DNA of 64,000 bases from an uncultured Elusimicrobia bacterium (lineage in GTDB: Bacteria > Elusimicrobiota > Elusimicrobia > 2-01-FULL-59-12): positions 2,432,001 to 2,496,000 of the forward strand of contig OY969767.1 of assembly GCA_963702895.1 (NCBI GenBank). The letters are read 5' to 3'. Shown piece by piece: positions 28,218-37,849 of the stretch. The notes under the pieces are model-generated. The model had not been told where the DNA came from. It was given only the letters and a program-made list of their open reading frames with translations, and made no database searches. Made by a program: the position numbers and the translations under genes. Position 1 is the first letter of the stretch, and each line of letters begins with the position of its first letter.

Positions 28218-30544
28218 GCCAATAATCCCCACGTGTGAAGGAGGTCCCCTTCATGCCGCCACCGGAACCCGATGTCGGTGCGGTAGAACATGTTGGGGAT
28301 GATGATGGTTTTGACGCGGGAGTAGGCCTCGCGGTGGGCTTCTTCCATGGTGGACCCGGAACCGGTGATCACGAGCGCATACCCGTCGCGTCCCGTGATC
28401 TTCCAGTCGCCGTCTTCGAGTTTGACGTCGCCAAGATGGATCCCGTCCATCCCAGGCTTGGTGAATATCACGACCGCGTCCTCGGAAAACTTGCGGAACG
28501 TATCCAAGTCGGCAAAGGGCCAAGGAGGAAGCGCGATGACCACCCCCACCTGAAATCCTTTTTGTGTTTTGAGGTTATAGGGCTTTTTGTTAGCAAGCGC
28601 GTAGAGAAATTCTCCCCACGGGCTCTGGATGCCCTCCATTTGGATGCTGACCGTCGGGTAGCCAAAACGTGGGGTGATCTCCAAGGGGTAGACGTTGCGG
28701 GCCGTGGCGATGCAATTGATATCAAAATAACCCACGTAGCCTGCTTCTTTGAGGCGCGGCACCATTTTCTCGATCGTTTCGCGGTAGAGCCGGCTGGGTC
28801 CCGTCCAAAACATCGAGGTATTTCCACACCACAAAGGCTTTCCATTTCTCCTAACATAGAGCGTGTGATAAGGAACTGTGACACAGTAGACACGCCCTTT
28901 GTAATCAACCACGGTCGTATCTCTGCGGTCAAGCCACGCGTTTGTCTTTTGGATCCTTTCGATCACTTCGTAGCAGGGATGGACCTTTTGAAAGACTCTC
29001 GTTCCGATCTTGCCTCCACGACGTAAGCGCCGTTTGACGATTCCGACACGACCCATCTTGAGAAGCAGTTCTTGGACGTCGTCCGCTAATCGAGGAGAAG
29101 AGGTGTAGTAAATTCGAAAACCGGTGCGCTGTTTATTCCCGTCCCCTAAACACATATGGTCGAAGAGAATCGCTAATTGGCGAGGGGATTGCTCCTTGTA
29201 TTCCGAGGGAATATATTTCGTGAGCGCGTGACCGAAAGGCTTAAGATACGCCCACAAGCGCTTGTCGTAGCATTTCCAGCCTCCTTTCACCTTTCTAAAA
29301 CGGAATGGCAACCTTTCAATCGTCTCTTGAACGGCACGCGCCTTCCGGGCATTCACTTGAGAGATGCCGACCTGATAAGATTTCTCGGAAGTCCAGCCTT
29401 CCGCGAGCCAGAGCCCAAGGAATGCCAGCCAATGGTCCATCGCCATGAGCAAGGGCTGGAACTTGTCCCTGCTTAGGCCATGCCCAGAACGTCCTCTTAA
29501 TGCAGGCAACGAAAACACGGCTTCTTCCTTGCCTTTCCAACAACCCGAGCGCGGCACCACAAATTGGTGGGGAAGATTTTTCGCTTTCACAAAGGTCCAC
29601 TGTTTTTTCTTGCGATATCGCGTGGCTTCCTGGCCGAACATCTGGTGGTCGAGCGTCACAAGCAGATCGGTTGCTCGATTGCGAATACGGACCATTTTCT
29701 TGTGATGATCGAACTGAACAACAGCGGATGGTCTATGATATTCGATCTCATCGGACTCGGGGTTCACACTGGCAAAGCGATCCTCCAGAGAAACATCCCG
29801 AAATCTTTTCCAACCGCCCTGCGTAAGCACTTCCGTCTCCTCGTCATAACAGCCCATCTCTCCTGTAGAGGGGCCGATTTCACCGGCAAAGAGTTTCTTG
29901 TGCTCGAAGTTGATGCAGACGGGCATGATGAACTCTTGTCCATTGAAGAAACCACCGACCGCAACTTCAATACCTGAGACAAACTTTTGGATTTGCAGAC
30001 GGCGCACTTTGGATCCCCAGCCGACTTTGTACCGGTCTAAAATCGCGACGACGTCTTTCCCGTCTTCTTCATGACCCACGAAAGAAAGGACTTTGTCGTT
30101 TTGCGCTTTGCCGGAGGGTTTCACCACGTAGCGGGCAGGATTTTTTATAACAAACTTGGTCGCTTCATCGAAGGAATCGAATTCCCAGGAGTCCGGGATC
30201 GTGAGGCCCACGGCCTTCATCTCCTGAGCTCCGAAGTCGCGGTCAAGCTCCAAGCGATCTGAATAAGAAGATCCTCCGACCACGGGCTTGCCTTCTTTGC
30301 GCAGACGGTCCGCGATCGTCCCGAACGCGGCATCATCGATGATGATGAGGTCCGCCCAGTCTTTATGCGATTCCCATTCGTCCACTTTATCGAGAAATCC
30401 ATCATAGAGCACACGGTCGGCTTTGGACTGCACGAACCATTTGACGTTGTAGCCTTCGAGTTTGAGACGGTAAGCGAGGTCGCCCGCACAGGCCTCAAAG
30501 GAGAGGAAGAGAATATTTTTCGGTTTTCCGTTGCCGTTTGCCAT
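28214..30544 (-). CDS. Divergent phosphoribosylamine--glycine ligase-like (PurD-like) ATP-grasp enzyme interrupted by an intein (432 aa after splicing)
   Basis: YVVKPSG, EHKK...GPSTGEMG, LEITPRFGYP; lacks the canonical PurD GSGGREH N-terminal motif. Confidence 0.8.
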   Translation of the reverse strand: MANGNGKPKNILFLSFEACAGDLAYRLKLEGYNVKWFVQSKADRVLYDGFLDKVDEWESHKDWADLIIIDDAAFGTIADRLRKEGKPVVGGSSYSDRLELDRDFGAQEMKAVGLTIPDSWEFDSFDEATKFVIKNPARYVVKPSGKAQNDKVLSFVGHEEDGKDVVAILDRYKVGWGSKVRRLQIQKFVSGIEVAVGGFFNGQEFIMPVCINFEHKKLFAGEIGPSTGEMGCYDEETEVLTQGGWKRFRDVSLEDRFASVNPESDEIEYHRPSAVVQFDHHKKMVRIRNRATDLLVTLDHQMFGQEATRYRKKKQWTFVKAKNLPHQFVVPRSGCWKGKEEAVFSLPALRGRSGHGLSRDKFQPLLMAMDHWLAFLGLWLAEGWTSEKSYQVGISQVNARKARAVQETIERLPFRFRKVKGGWKCYDKRLWAYLKPFGHALTKYIPSEYKEQSPRQLAILFDHMCLGDGNKQRTGFRIYYTSSPRLADDVQELLLKMGRVGIVKRRLRRGGKIGTRVFQKVHPCYEVIERIQKTNAWLDRRDTTVVDYKGRVYCVTVPYHTLYVRRNGKPLWCGNTSMFWTGPSRLYRETIEKMVPRLKEAGYVGYFDINCIATARNVYPLEITPRFGYPTVSIQMEGIQSPWGEFLYALANKKPYNLKTQKGFQVGVVIALPPWPFADLDTFRKFSEDAVVIFTKPGMDGIHLGDVKLEDGDWKITGRDGYALVITGSGSTMEEAHREAYSRVKTIIIPNMFYRTDIGFRWRHEGDLLHTWGLLA
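28820..29851 (-). mobile_element. Intein with LAGLIDADG homing endonuclease domain, 344 aa (residues 232-575)
   Basis: Block A CYDEETEVLT, block B VTLDH, LAGLIDADG-like FLGLWLAEG and FDHMCLGDG, block F YKGRVYCVTV, C-terminal WCGN followed by Thr. Confidence 0.95.
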
Positions 30545-30781
30545 GTTCCTCTATATGTATGGAATAAAACTTAAGAAATTGCCACTTATTTTTCTGTCCG
30601 GAGTCCTTTTTCATAAGACACTCGAAGCGTGTCTCAAGGAACATGAGGCGCAGCGCGTCTTTCATCGGTGATGCATCGTGATCGATCTGACCGTTTTTTT
30701 AAGAATGATCCGTCGTGCTTGCTCGGCACCCAGACGAGACGTGGACATTATTCTATTCGATAGGATGCTAAAATACTGAAT

Positions 30782-31603
30782 ATGAGACGGCGAGCTTGGC
30801 TTTCCTTGCTTCTTTTGGGGTTCTGTGTGTTCAATTTGGCTCCGGGGTCAGAGGCCCGCGTGAAGATTTCGAAGCTTGCTGAGAAATTGGTTTACGGCGA
30901 CCAGCCCACGAGGCTCGCCGGGATTGAAGAGTTCAACAAGCTGCCCGCGGAAGCCCAGCAAAAACTGGTACCTGATTTTATGGTCGCCATGAGCGATGAA
31001 GATCCAGAGGCCCGCAAAATCGCCTCTCGCATCTTGAAAGCGATGGGTGTCCAAGCGGAAGCCCAGGTCCCAGACGCGAAAAAGGAGATCGCCTCAGAGA
31101 AGTCCAAGACCAAGCCCATCGACAAGTGGGAAGAAGAGAAACGCTTAAAACAGGAGGCGAGTCAGGATAAGTGGGCTGATTTAAGAAGCATGCGCTCGGA
31201 AGAGCAGGGGGGCTACGCCTCCATGAAGCAACAACTCGAAAGCGAAAAGAAGGGCCAGGTGTGGATCGATCCCTCCCAGCTCACCACCGAGGCCTTGGAC
31301 AAGACCTCGCCTCTCGGTTCTGTGACCGAGGCTTTGCGTGACTCGGATCCGTGGGTGAGAGCACAGGCCGCGCGGCGCCTCGGCACGATCCGGCCCGCGC
31401 CCGTGGAAGCCATCCCCGACCTCATCGCGATGCTGGGTGAGAACATCCCGGAGTCGCGCCGCGCGGCGGCCGCTGCGCTCGGTTCCTTTGGGCCCCTGGC
31501 GGAAAAAGCGCTTCCTGCCCTCACAACGGCCCTCTCCGACCCTGACCCCGCCACGCGGCAGATCGCGCAAGAGGCGATTAAGCAGATTCAAATGCACCCG
31601 TGA
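30782..31603 (+). CDS. Exported HEAT-repeat protein
   Basis: Signal peptide; L.D.DPWVRAQAA..LG and ALSDPDPATR repeats. Confidence 0.8.
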   Translation: MRRRAWLSLLLLGFCVFNLAPGSEARVKISKLAEKLVYGDQPTRLAGIEEFNKLPAEAQQKLVPDFMVAMSDEDPEARKIASRILKAMGVQAEAQVPDAKKEIASEKSKTKPIDKWEEEKRLKQEASQDKWADLRSMRSEEQGGYASMKQQLESEKKGQVWIDPSQLTTEALDKTSPLGSVTEALRDSDPWVRAQAARRLGTIRPAPVEAIPDLIAMLGENIPESRRAAAAALGSFGPLAEKALPALTTALSDPDPATRQIAQEAIKQIQMHP

Positions 31604-34600
31604 CCCGAGACGATTTCAACAAACTCCTTCGCGAACAGGTTCTCGTCTTCGACGGGGCTACAGGCACCAACCTTCAGCTCCACAATCCCACCCTGGACGA
31701 CTATGCCGGCATGGAAGGCTGCACCGAAATTCTTCTTGAAACACATCCGGAATGGATCGAGGAGCTTCACGCCTCCTTCTTTAAAGCGGGATGCCAGGTC
31801 GTGGAGACCAATTCTTTTGGGGCGAATCGTATCGTTTTCACCGAATACGGTCTTGAGGACCGGGTTCATGAGTTTAATGTCAAAGCGGCCCAGCTTGCTC
31901 GGAAAGTCGCCCATGCCTTCAGCGCCCAAGACAAACCCCGTTTTGTCGCGGGCTCCATGGGTCCTGGCACGAAGCTTCCTTCTCTTGGACACACCACTTT
32001 CGACACACTGCGCCATAACTACCAGGAACAAGCTGAAGGTCTGATCGACGGGGGCGTGGACATCCTCCTGATCGAAACCTGCCAGGATATCCTACAGGCC
32101 AAAGCCGCCACGGTGGGCGTTCTGGACGCTCTTTCCCGCAAGAAGAAGGACCTCCCGATCATGGTGCAGGTCACCGTGGAGTCCACGGGGACTTTGCTCT
32201 TGGGGACCGAAATGGCGGCGGTCATCTCCGCTTTGGAGCCCTATCCCATCGCTTCCCTCGGCATGAACTGTGCGACGGGCCCCCAGGAGATGTCGGAACA
32301 CGTGCGGATCCTGTCCCAGCAGTGGGCCCGGCCTATTTCTGTTCTTCCCAACGCGGGTTTACCCGAAAACGTGGGCGGACGAGCAGTCTATCGGCTCACT
32401 CCTCAGGAGCTGGCCGAGCATCTGAAAGATTTCGTCACCCGGTTCGGGATCAATATCGTAGGCGGCTGCTGTGGGACCACGCCCGCGCATCTGGCTGAAG
32501 TCGTGAAAGTCATGGAGAAGATCAAGCCTGTTCCGAGAAGCCTCTCAAGCACCCCGGCTTGTTCAAGCCTCTACCTTCAAGTGCCCTTCAAGCAGGAGCC
32601 GAGGCCTCTTATCATCGGTGAACGCACGAATGCCAACGGCTCCAAGAAATTTCGTGAGCTGCTCGCCAAGGATGACTTTGATGCGATCGCCGCCATGGGA
32701 AAAGAAGAGGTGAACGAGGGCGCTCACATGATCGACCTCTGCACAGCTTTTGTGGGCCGGGACGAGGTCCGTGACATGAAGGAATGTGTGAGCCGCATGG
32801 CGCTCCAGGTGCGCCTGCCGCTCATGATTGACTCCACCGAGGCCCCCGTGATTGAAGAAGCTCTTAAACGTGCGGGCGGACGCTGTGTCATCAATTCCAT
32901 CAACCTGGAAGATGGCGAAGAAAGAATGAAGGCGGTCTGCCCTCTGGCCAAGACTTATGGCGCAGCCCTGGTGGCGCTCACAATCGACGAGCAAGGCATG
33001 GCCAAAACCCGGCAAAAGAAGCTCGCCATCGCCAAGCGCATTCACGATCTGGCCATCAAGCGCTTCGGTCTGCGACCGGAAGATTTGCTGTTCGACGCTT
33101 TGACGTTTACGCTCGGTTCGGGTGACGAGGATTTTCGCAAGGCAGGTCTCGAGACCATCGAGGCCATCCGCCTGATCAAAAAGGAGCTCCCCGGAGTCTT
33201 CACCGTACTGGGCGTTTCCAATATCTCGTTTGGTCTGGCACCCCAGATCCGCCAGGTGTTGAACTCGGTGTTTCTCCATTACGCCATTGAAGCCGGTCTC
33301 GACGCTGCCATTGTCCACGCACGCAAGATCCTGCCCCTCTACAAAATCGATGAGAAAGGACGGGAGCTCGCTCGTAAATTGATTTTTGATGATCGCACAC
33401 CCCTCTCGTCATCCCCCGCGGGTGTCAGCGGGGGATCCATCATGATGGACCCCGGGTCTCCAAACAACAGGCGACCCGGCCCGCCGGACGTGTGGAGGGC
33501 CGGCTTACAATCCGCCGGGGTGACGGCTTCTTTTGATCCTCTGACCGCGCTCATGGCGCACTATGCCGAAACCTCAGAGATCTCTGCGAAAGCGAATAAG
33601 GAAGAACCCAAGACCATCGAAGAGCATCTCAAGGTCCGTATCATCGACGGGAATAAACAGGGCCTGGAGGGACTGCTCGATGAGGCGATGAAGAAGTGGG
33701 GTCCGCTCGAGATCATCAACACCATACTGCTTGACGGGATGCGGGTGGTGGGCGATTTGTTTGGTTCGGGCCAGATGCAGCTCCCCTTCGTTCTTCAGTC
33801 CGCGGAAACCATGAAAGTGGCGGTGCGTCATCTGGAGCCCTTCATGCCTAAGGCGGACGCTGGTGTTCATAAAGGGAAGCTCGTCCTTGCGACCGTCAAA
33901 GGGGACGTTCACGACATCGGGAAGAACCTCGTCGATATCATCCTCACGAACAACGGCTACAAGGTTTTCAATTTGGGCATCAAGATGTCGATCGATGAGA
34001 TCCTCAAGGCTGCCGCGGAAAAGAAGGCCGATGCGATCGGGATGTCAGGCTTGCTCGTCAAATCGACGGCGGTCATGAAGGAAAACTTAGAGGAGATGAA
34101 TAAACGAGGCGTGCAAACGCCGGTCCTTTTGGGTGGGGCGGCTCTCACGCGCCGATTTGTGGAAGAAGATCTCCGGCAGCTCTACAAGGGCTATGTCTAT
34201 TATGGGGTGGACGCTTTTGCGGGGCTTCGCATCATGGACGAGCTGACCAACCCTTCCAGAGAAAAGAAGTTGACCCTCTATGAGACGCGTGGCGGTTCGG
34301 GCCAAACCTTGAAAGCGGGAGACTTGCCCTCACCCCACCCCTCTCCCGCCTTCGGCGGGAGAGGGCGGTCGCCAGACGCCTGGCGACCGGGTGAGGGCAC
34401 GCTCTATATCCCTCTATCCCCCTCTCCTTCTATTCCTCATCCGCCGTTCTGGGGCAGCCGGGTCGCGCGAGGAATCGCTTTAAAGGATGTCTTCCCCTAT
34501 ATCAACGAAACGGCCCTCCTCAAAGTGCGCTGGGGCTTTTCCAGGGGGCAAACAAGCGCCGAAGATTACGCGCAACTCCTTAAGGAAACCGTTGGGCCGC

Positions 34601-35301
34601 TCTTTCAGAAGTGGAAAAACTACTGCCTTAAGGAGCAGATACTGGTCCCGCAAGTGGTTTACGGTTATTTCCCTTGCCTGTCTGAAGGAGATGATGTGGT
34701 GGTGTATAGGCCGGAAGATTTGAAAAAGGAATGGGTGCGCTTTAAATTCCCGCGACAAAACACGACTCCGATGCGATGTATCAGTGACTTCTTTCTCCAA
34801 AAGCCGTCATCCCGGCATGCTGTAAGCCGGGATCCATCAGACGTGATGGATCCCCCGCTAAAGTCCGCGGGGGATGACAGAAAGAATTTTGACGTATTAG
34901 GTTGCTTTGTCGTGACGGTCGGAACCCAGGCAAGCAACAAAGCGCATGCCCTCTTCAAGGAGAACTCCTACAGCGATTATCTCTACCTGCACGGGCTAAG
35001 CGTGGAAACGGCCGAAGCCTTAGCCGAGCACTGGCACCGCCGCATGCGTGAGGAGCTGAACATCCACCAGGAAGATCACCCGGAGGTGCGTGAATGGTTT
35101 CACCAGAAGTACCATGGCGGTCGCTACTCTTTTGGGTATCCCGCCTGCCCCAACCTGGAAGATCAAGCAAAGCTTTTTGAACTGCTGGATCCCCAACGCA
35201 TTGGCGTAGCGCTCTCCGAAGCGTTTCAGTTAGACCCTGAGCAAAGCACCTCCGCCATCGTCCTGCACCACCCCGAAGCCAAATACTTTAACGTCCAGTA
35301 A
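31600..35301 (+). CDS. metH: Cobalamin-dependent methionine synthase, with three in-frame repeat-derived insertions
   Basis: DGATGT, GMNCATGP, GGCCGTTP, IGERTNANGS, GDVHDIGKN B12 motif, RYSFGYPACP. Confidence 0.98.
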   Translation: MTRDDFNKLLREQVLVFDGATGTNLQLHNPTLDDYAGMEGCTEILLETHPEWIEELHASFFKAGCQVVETNSFGANRIVFTEYGLEDRVHEFNVKAAQLARKVAHAFSAQDKPRFVAGSMGPGTKLPSLGHTTFDTLRHNYQEQAEGLIDGGVDILLIETCQDILQAKAATVGVLDALSRKKKDLPIMVQVTVESTGTLLLGTEMAAVISALEPYPIASLGMNCATGPQEMSEHVRILSQQWARPISVLPNAGLPENVGGRAVYRLTPQELAEHLKDFVTRFGINIVGGCCGTTPAHLAEVVKVMEKIKPVPRSLSSTPACSSLYLQVPFKQEPRPLIIGERTNANGSKKFRELLAKDDFDAIAAMGKEEVNEGAHMIDLCTAFVGRDEVRDMKECVSRMALQVRLPLMIDSTEAPVIEEALKRAGGRCVINSINLEDGEERMKAVCPLAKTYGAALVALTIDEQGMAKTRQKKLAIAKRIHDLAIKRFGLRPEDLLFDALTFTLGSGDEDFRKAGLETIEAIRLIKKELPGVFTVLGVSNISFGLAPQIRQVLNSVFLHYAIEAGLDAAIVHARKILPLYKIDEKGRELARKLIFDDRTPLSSSPAGVSGGSIMMDPGSPNNRRPGPPDVWRAGLQSAGVTASFDPLTALMAHYAETSEISAKANKEEPKTIEEHLKVRIIDGNKQGLEGLLDEAMKKWGPLEIINTILLDGMRVVGDLFGSGQMQLPFVLQSAETMKVAVRHLEPFMPKADAGVHKGKLVLATVKGDVHDIGKNLVDIILTNNGYKVFNLGIKMSIDEILKAAAEKKADAIGMSGLLVKSTAVMKENLEEMNKRGVQTPVLLGGAALTRRFVEEDLRQLYKGYVYYGVDAFAGLRIMDELTNPSREKKLTLYETRGGSGQTLKAGDLPSPHPSPAFGGRGRSPDAWRPGEGTLYIPLSPSPSIPHPPFWGSRVARGIALKDVFPYINETALLKVRWGFSRGQTSAEDYAQLLKETVGPLFQKWKNYCLKEQILVPQVVYGYFPCLSEGDDVVVYRPEDLKKEWVRFKFPRQNTTPMRCISDFFLQKPSSRHAVSRDPSDVMDPPLKSAGDDRKNFDVLGCFVVTVGTQASNKAHALFKENSYSDYLYLHGLSVETAEALAEHWHRRMREELNIHQEDHPEVREWFHQKYHGGRYSFGYPACPNLEDQAKLFELLDPQRIGVALSEAFQLDPEQSTSAIVLHHPEAKYFNVQ
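33407..33525. repeat. CGTC-type palindromic element in frame in metH, with nested 48-bp double-hairpin insert (33456-33503)
   Basis: cgtcatcccccgc...gccggggtgacg; closely matches the reverse complement of 24161-24244 apart from the insert and a shorter central loop. Confidence 0.9.
34326..34398. repeat. CCCTCACCC-type palindromic element in frame in metH
   Basis: gccctcaccc...ccctctcccgccttcggcgggagaggg...gggtgagggc; encodes PSPHPSPAFGGRGRSPDAWRPGEG. Confidence 0.88.
34806..34878. repeat. CGTC-type palindromic element in frame in metH
   Basis: gtcatcccggc...gccgggatccatca gacg tgatggatccccc...gggggatgac; encodes SSRHAVSRDPSDVMDPPLKSAGDD. Confidence 0.9.
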
Positions 35302-35304
35302 CGT

Positions 35305-35337
35305 CGTCATCCCGGCTTACGTCCTGCCGGGGTGACG
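35305..35337. repeat. Single CGTC-type hairpin between convergent genes (may also act as terminator)
   Basis: cgtcatcccggc ttacgtcct gccggggtgacg. Confidence 0.75.
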
Positions 35338-35346
35338 TTAAAAAAT

Positions 35347-36861
35347 CTATTTCTGGGTGGAGGCCCTGAGGAACTGGAGTCGAGCGGCCGCCGGGAGTTT
35401 GGACGCAGGGATCGCCCGCAGCGACCATTCTTTCCAGCCTCCCTGTAAGCGGCCAAAGGCGGGCTGTGACTGATATTTCGTAGGGATGAGTGCTTTGAGG
35501 GGTGCGTCCTTTTCTCGAAAATCGATGCGCGTATAGACGTCGATGCCTTTGCGCTCAAGATCCACCCGGCCAAAACCGCTGGCCCGGACGCTCGACATGA
35601 CCAGAAGCCCCTCTTGCGCCGTGACGATGCCGTTTTTCGCCTGCCAACGGACGCTGAGCTTGCTAAAAGGGATACCCGTCGACGAGTCGAGATATTTTTT
35701 CTTCAAGTAGGGCATCGATTTGGCTTTGGCCAGTCGTTTAAGGGAACTCGCCGGGAACTCGTAGCGCCCTTCTTGAAGTTCCAGAGAACCCCGCCCTTCG
35801 ATCGTGCTCGAGGTGCGACTGGAGAAGACCATTCCGAAGTCTTGGGTGATGCCGGTGAGCTTCCCGGACAATGAGAGATTTTCCCCCGTCACCAGAAGCA
35901 ACGCTTCGACCGGCACGGCGCTCACAGCGCCCTCCAAACGCAGTCGCGGCCCCGCGGTCTCAGGCGTGAGAGTCCCCTTGAGCTCACTCTGTCCTCCAGA
36001 GATTTGGGCCGAATGCTCAAAGGCCATCCCAGATCCACTCTCTTTGATGGACAACTGCCATAGGTCCAAGCTCAGCGCTGTGTCGAGGGATGGACTGATC
36101 GGGAGCCGCGCCAGAAATTGAAGGACAGTGCTCGCCCGGCTCAGGCGCCACGTCGAGGCCTGAGATTTGAGCTCAAAGCCTTGAGGGGTCCTCGTGAGGC
36201 GTGCGGTGAGCGCGTGGGCCTGGTCGGCCACCTCGAGGTCTCCCGTCCACTGGGGATTTGCGAAAAACTGTCCATTGGCGGCAAACGCAAGGCTCACCCC
36301 CGAAAGAGGCCCCGTGAAGGCGCCACGAACTTCCAGCGTCTCAGGTCTTGGGTTCCAGCTCCCTTCGACAAGGGACAGAACAAGCTCCTGTGGCGCACTC
36401 GCGTAGGAGTCCACCCAGTGGATCTCCCCTTGCTTCCAATTCACGCGCCGGAGGGTTGACATCTTAGCGCCAGGAAGGCTTGCATCACGCGGCCACCAGT
36501 CGCGGTCGTCCCATTGGCCATTGGGCTTTCGATTGATGACCGCGGACCATCCTTTGATCTCAGCCTCTTCCGGCAAGATTTTTAAGCGAAGGAGGCCTGA
36601 GAAGCTCAAGGGCGCGGAAAGGGTCTCGATTTGGAGAAAAGGCTCCTTTTGGTCGTTCAGGACGGCGATCTGTCCGAGACGAAGGGTTGGCGGCCAGTAT
36701 CCGAAGGAGCATTGACCGATCACGACGGGCCGATGGAGGAGGGTGGCGAGGACTTCTTCTATTTTGGCCCGCTGCTGTTCCGGGCGAATCAGGAGTGGAA
36801 GGGTCGCGACCGCCGCCACCAGGACAACGATCAAGAGAACAAAAAACGCTAATCGTTTCAC
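35347..36861 (-). CDS. AsmA-like protein
   Basis: N-terminal TM anchor, beta-rich body, AsmA-like C-terminus (PFSKL...NGIV...G.GRVDL). Confidence 0.65.
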   Translation of the reverse strand: MKRLAFFVLLIVVLVAAVATLPLLIRPEQQRAKIEEVLATLLHRPVVIGQCSFGYWPPTLRLGQIAVLNDQKEPFLQIETLSAPLSFSGLLRLKILPEEAEIKGWSAVINRKPNGQWDDRDWWPRDASLPGAKMSTLRRVNWKQGEIHWVDSYASAPQELVLSLVEGSWNPRPETLEVRGAFTGPLSGVSLAFAANGQFFANPQWTGDLEVADQAHALTARLTRTPQGFELKSQASTWRLSRASTVLQFLARLPISPSLDTALSLDLWQLSIKESGSGMAFEHSAQISGGQSELKGTLTPETAGPRLRLEGAVSAVPVEALLLVTGENLSLSGKLTGITQDFGMVFSSRTSSTIEGRGSLELQEGRYEFPASSLKRLAKAKSMPYLKKKYLDSSTGIPFSKLSVRWQAKNGIVTAQEGLLVMSSVRASGFGRVDLERKGIDVYTRIDFREKDAPLKALIPTKYQSQPAFGRLQGGWKEWSLRAIPASKLPAAARLQFLRASTQK

Positions 36862-36891
36862 TTTTCCCTCCCCTGGGTCCCGGCGCGGGCC

Positions 36892-37773
36892 TTACGGTAT
36901 GACTTTATTGAGCGGGTACTCGATGATCCCCTCAGCACCCGCGCGCTTGAGCTGAGGGAGCAGCTTCTTGACCGTTTTTTCTTCGATGATCACTTCCAGT
37001 GCCGACCAGCCGGGTTCACTCAAGCTGGCGATGGTAGGACGTTTGAGCGCTGGCAAAAGTTTCATCACTTCCTTCAAATCCTTCTGAGCGACATTCATCT
37101 TGAGACCCACAAGACCTTCAGCGGCAAGAGCGCCTTGGAGCAGCATCGCGAGATTTTCCATTTTCTCGCGTTTCCACGAGTCTTTCCAGGCCTGCGGATT
37201 CGCGATAAAACGCGTACTGGAGGTCAGAATCTCCTCCACCACACGCAGTTTATTGGCGCGCAGCGAGCTTCCGGTCTCAGTGAGCTCCACAATGGCATCG
37301 ACCAAGACCCCGGCTTTGGCTTCCGTGGCGCCCCAAGAGAACTCGACTTCGGCATTCACCTTGTGCTTCGCCAAGTATTTCTTGACCACCCCGACCAGCT
37401 CCGTCGCAATCCTTTTGCCTTCCAAATCTTTGACAGACTTAATCGCTGAATCCTGAGGAACCGCCAGCACCCAGCGGACCGGGCGGAAACCGGACTTTGC
37501 ATAAAGAAGTTCACAGACTTCATGGACCTTGGCCCCCGACTCCATCACCCAGTCATGACCGGTGAGGCCGGCATCAAAGACACCCTCCGCCACGTAACGG
37601 GCCATTTCCTGGGAACGGACGAGCATGATTTCAAGCTCATCGTCATCCGTGCCGGGAAAATAGGAGCGCTCCGAAGCGTGCACGCGGATACCGGCACGCT
37701 TAAAGATTTCAATCGTTGATTCCTGGAGACTCCCCTTGGGAAGCCCGAGTTTGAGTTTTTTGTCTTCAGCCAT
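36892..37773 (-). CDS. hisG: ATP phosphoribosyltransferase, long form
   Basis: [35 protein letters not shown]-terminal regulatory domain. Confidence 0.97.
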   Translation of the reverse strand: MAEDKKLKLGLPKGSLQESTIEIFKRAGIRVHASERSYFPGTDDDELEIMLVRSQEMARYVAEGVFDAGLTGHDWVMESGAKVHEVCELLYAKSGFRPVRWVLAVPQDSAIKSVKDLEGKRIATELVGVVKKYLAKHKVNAEVEFSWGATEAKAGVLVDAIVELTETGSSLRANKLRVVEEILTSSTRFIANPQAWKDSWKREKMENLAMLLQGALAAEGLVGLKMNVAQKDLKEVMKLLPALKRPTIASLSEPGWSALEVIIEEKTVKKLLPQLKRAGAEGIIEYPLNKVIP

Positions 37774-37849
37774 AAAGAGTCCTTTTATTGAGAAATGGTA
37801 GTGAATTATAGCAAGCAGAGCCAGTGTGGTGATTCCAACGTCGCTTTAT

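Noticed and set aside
30545..30781. Purine-related riboswitch (ZTP or PRPP/ykkC) upstream of the PurD-like gene
   Set aside because: I could not match the conserved cores by eye; an Rfam/Infernal scan would be decisive.
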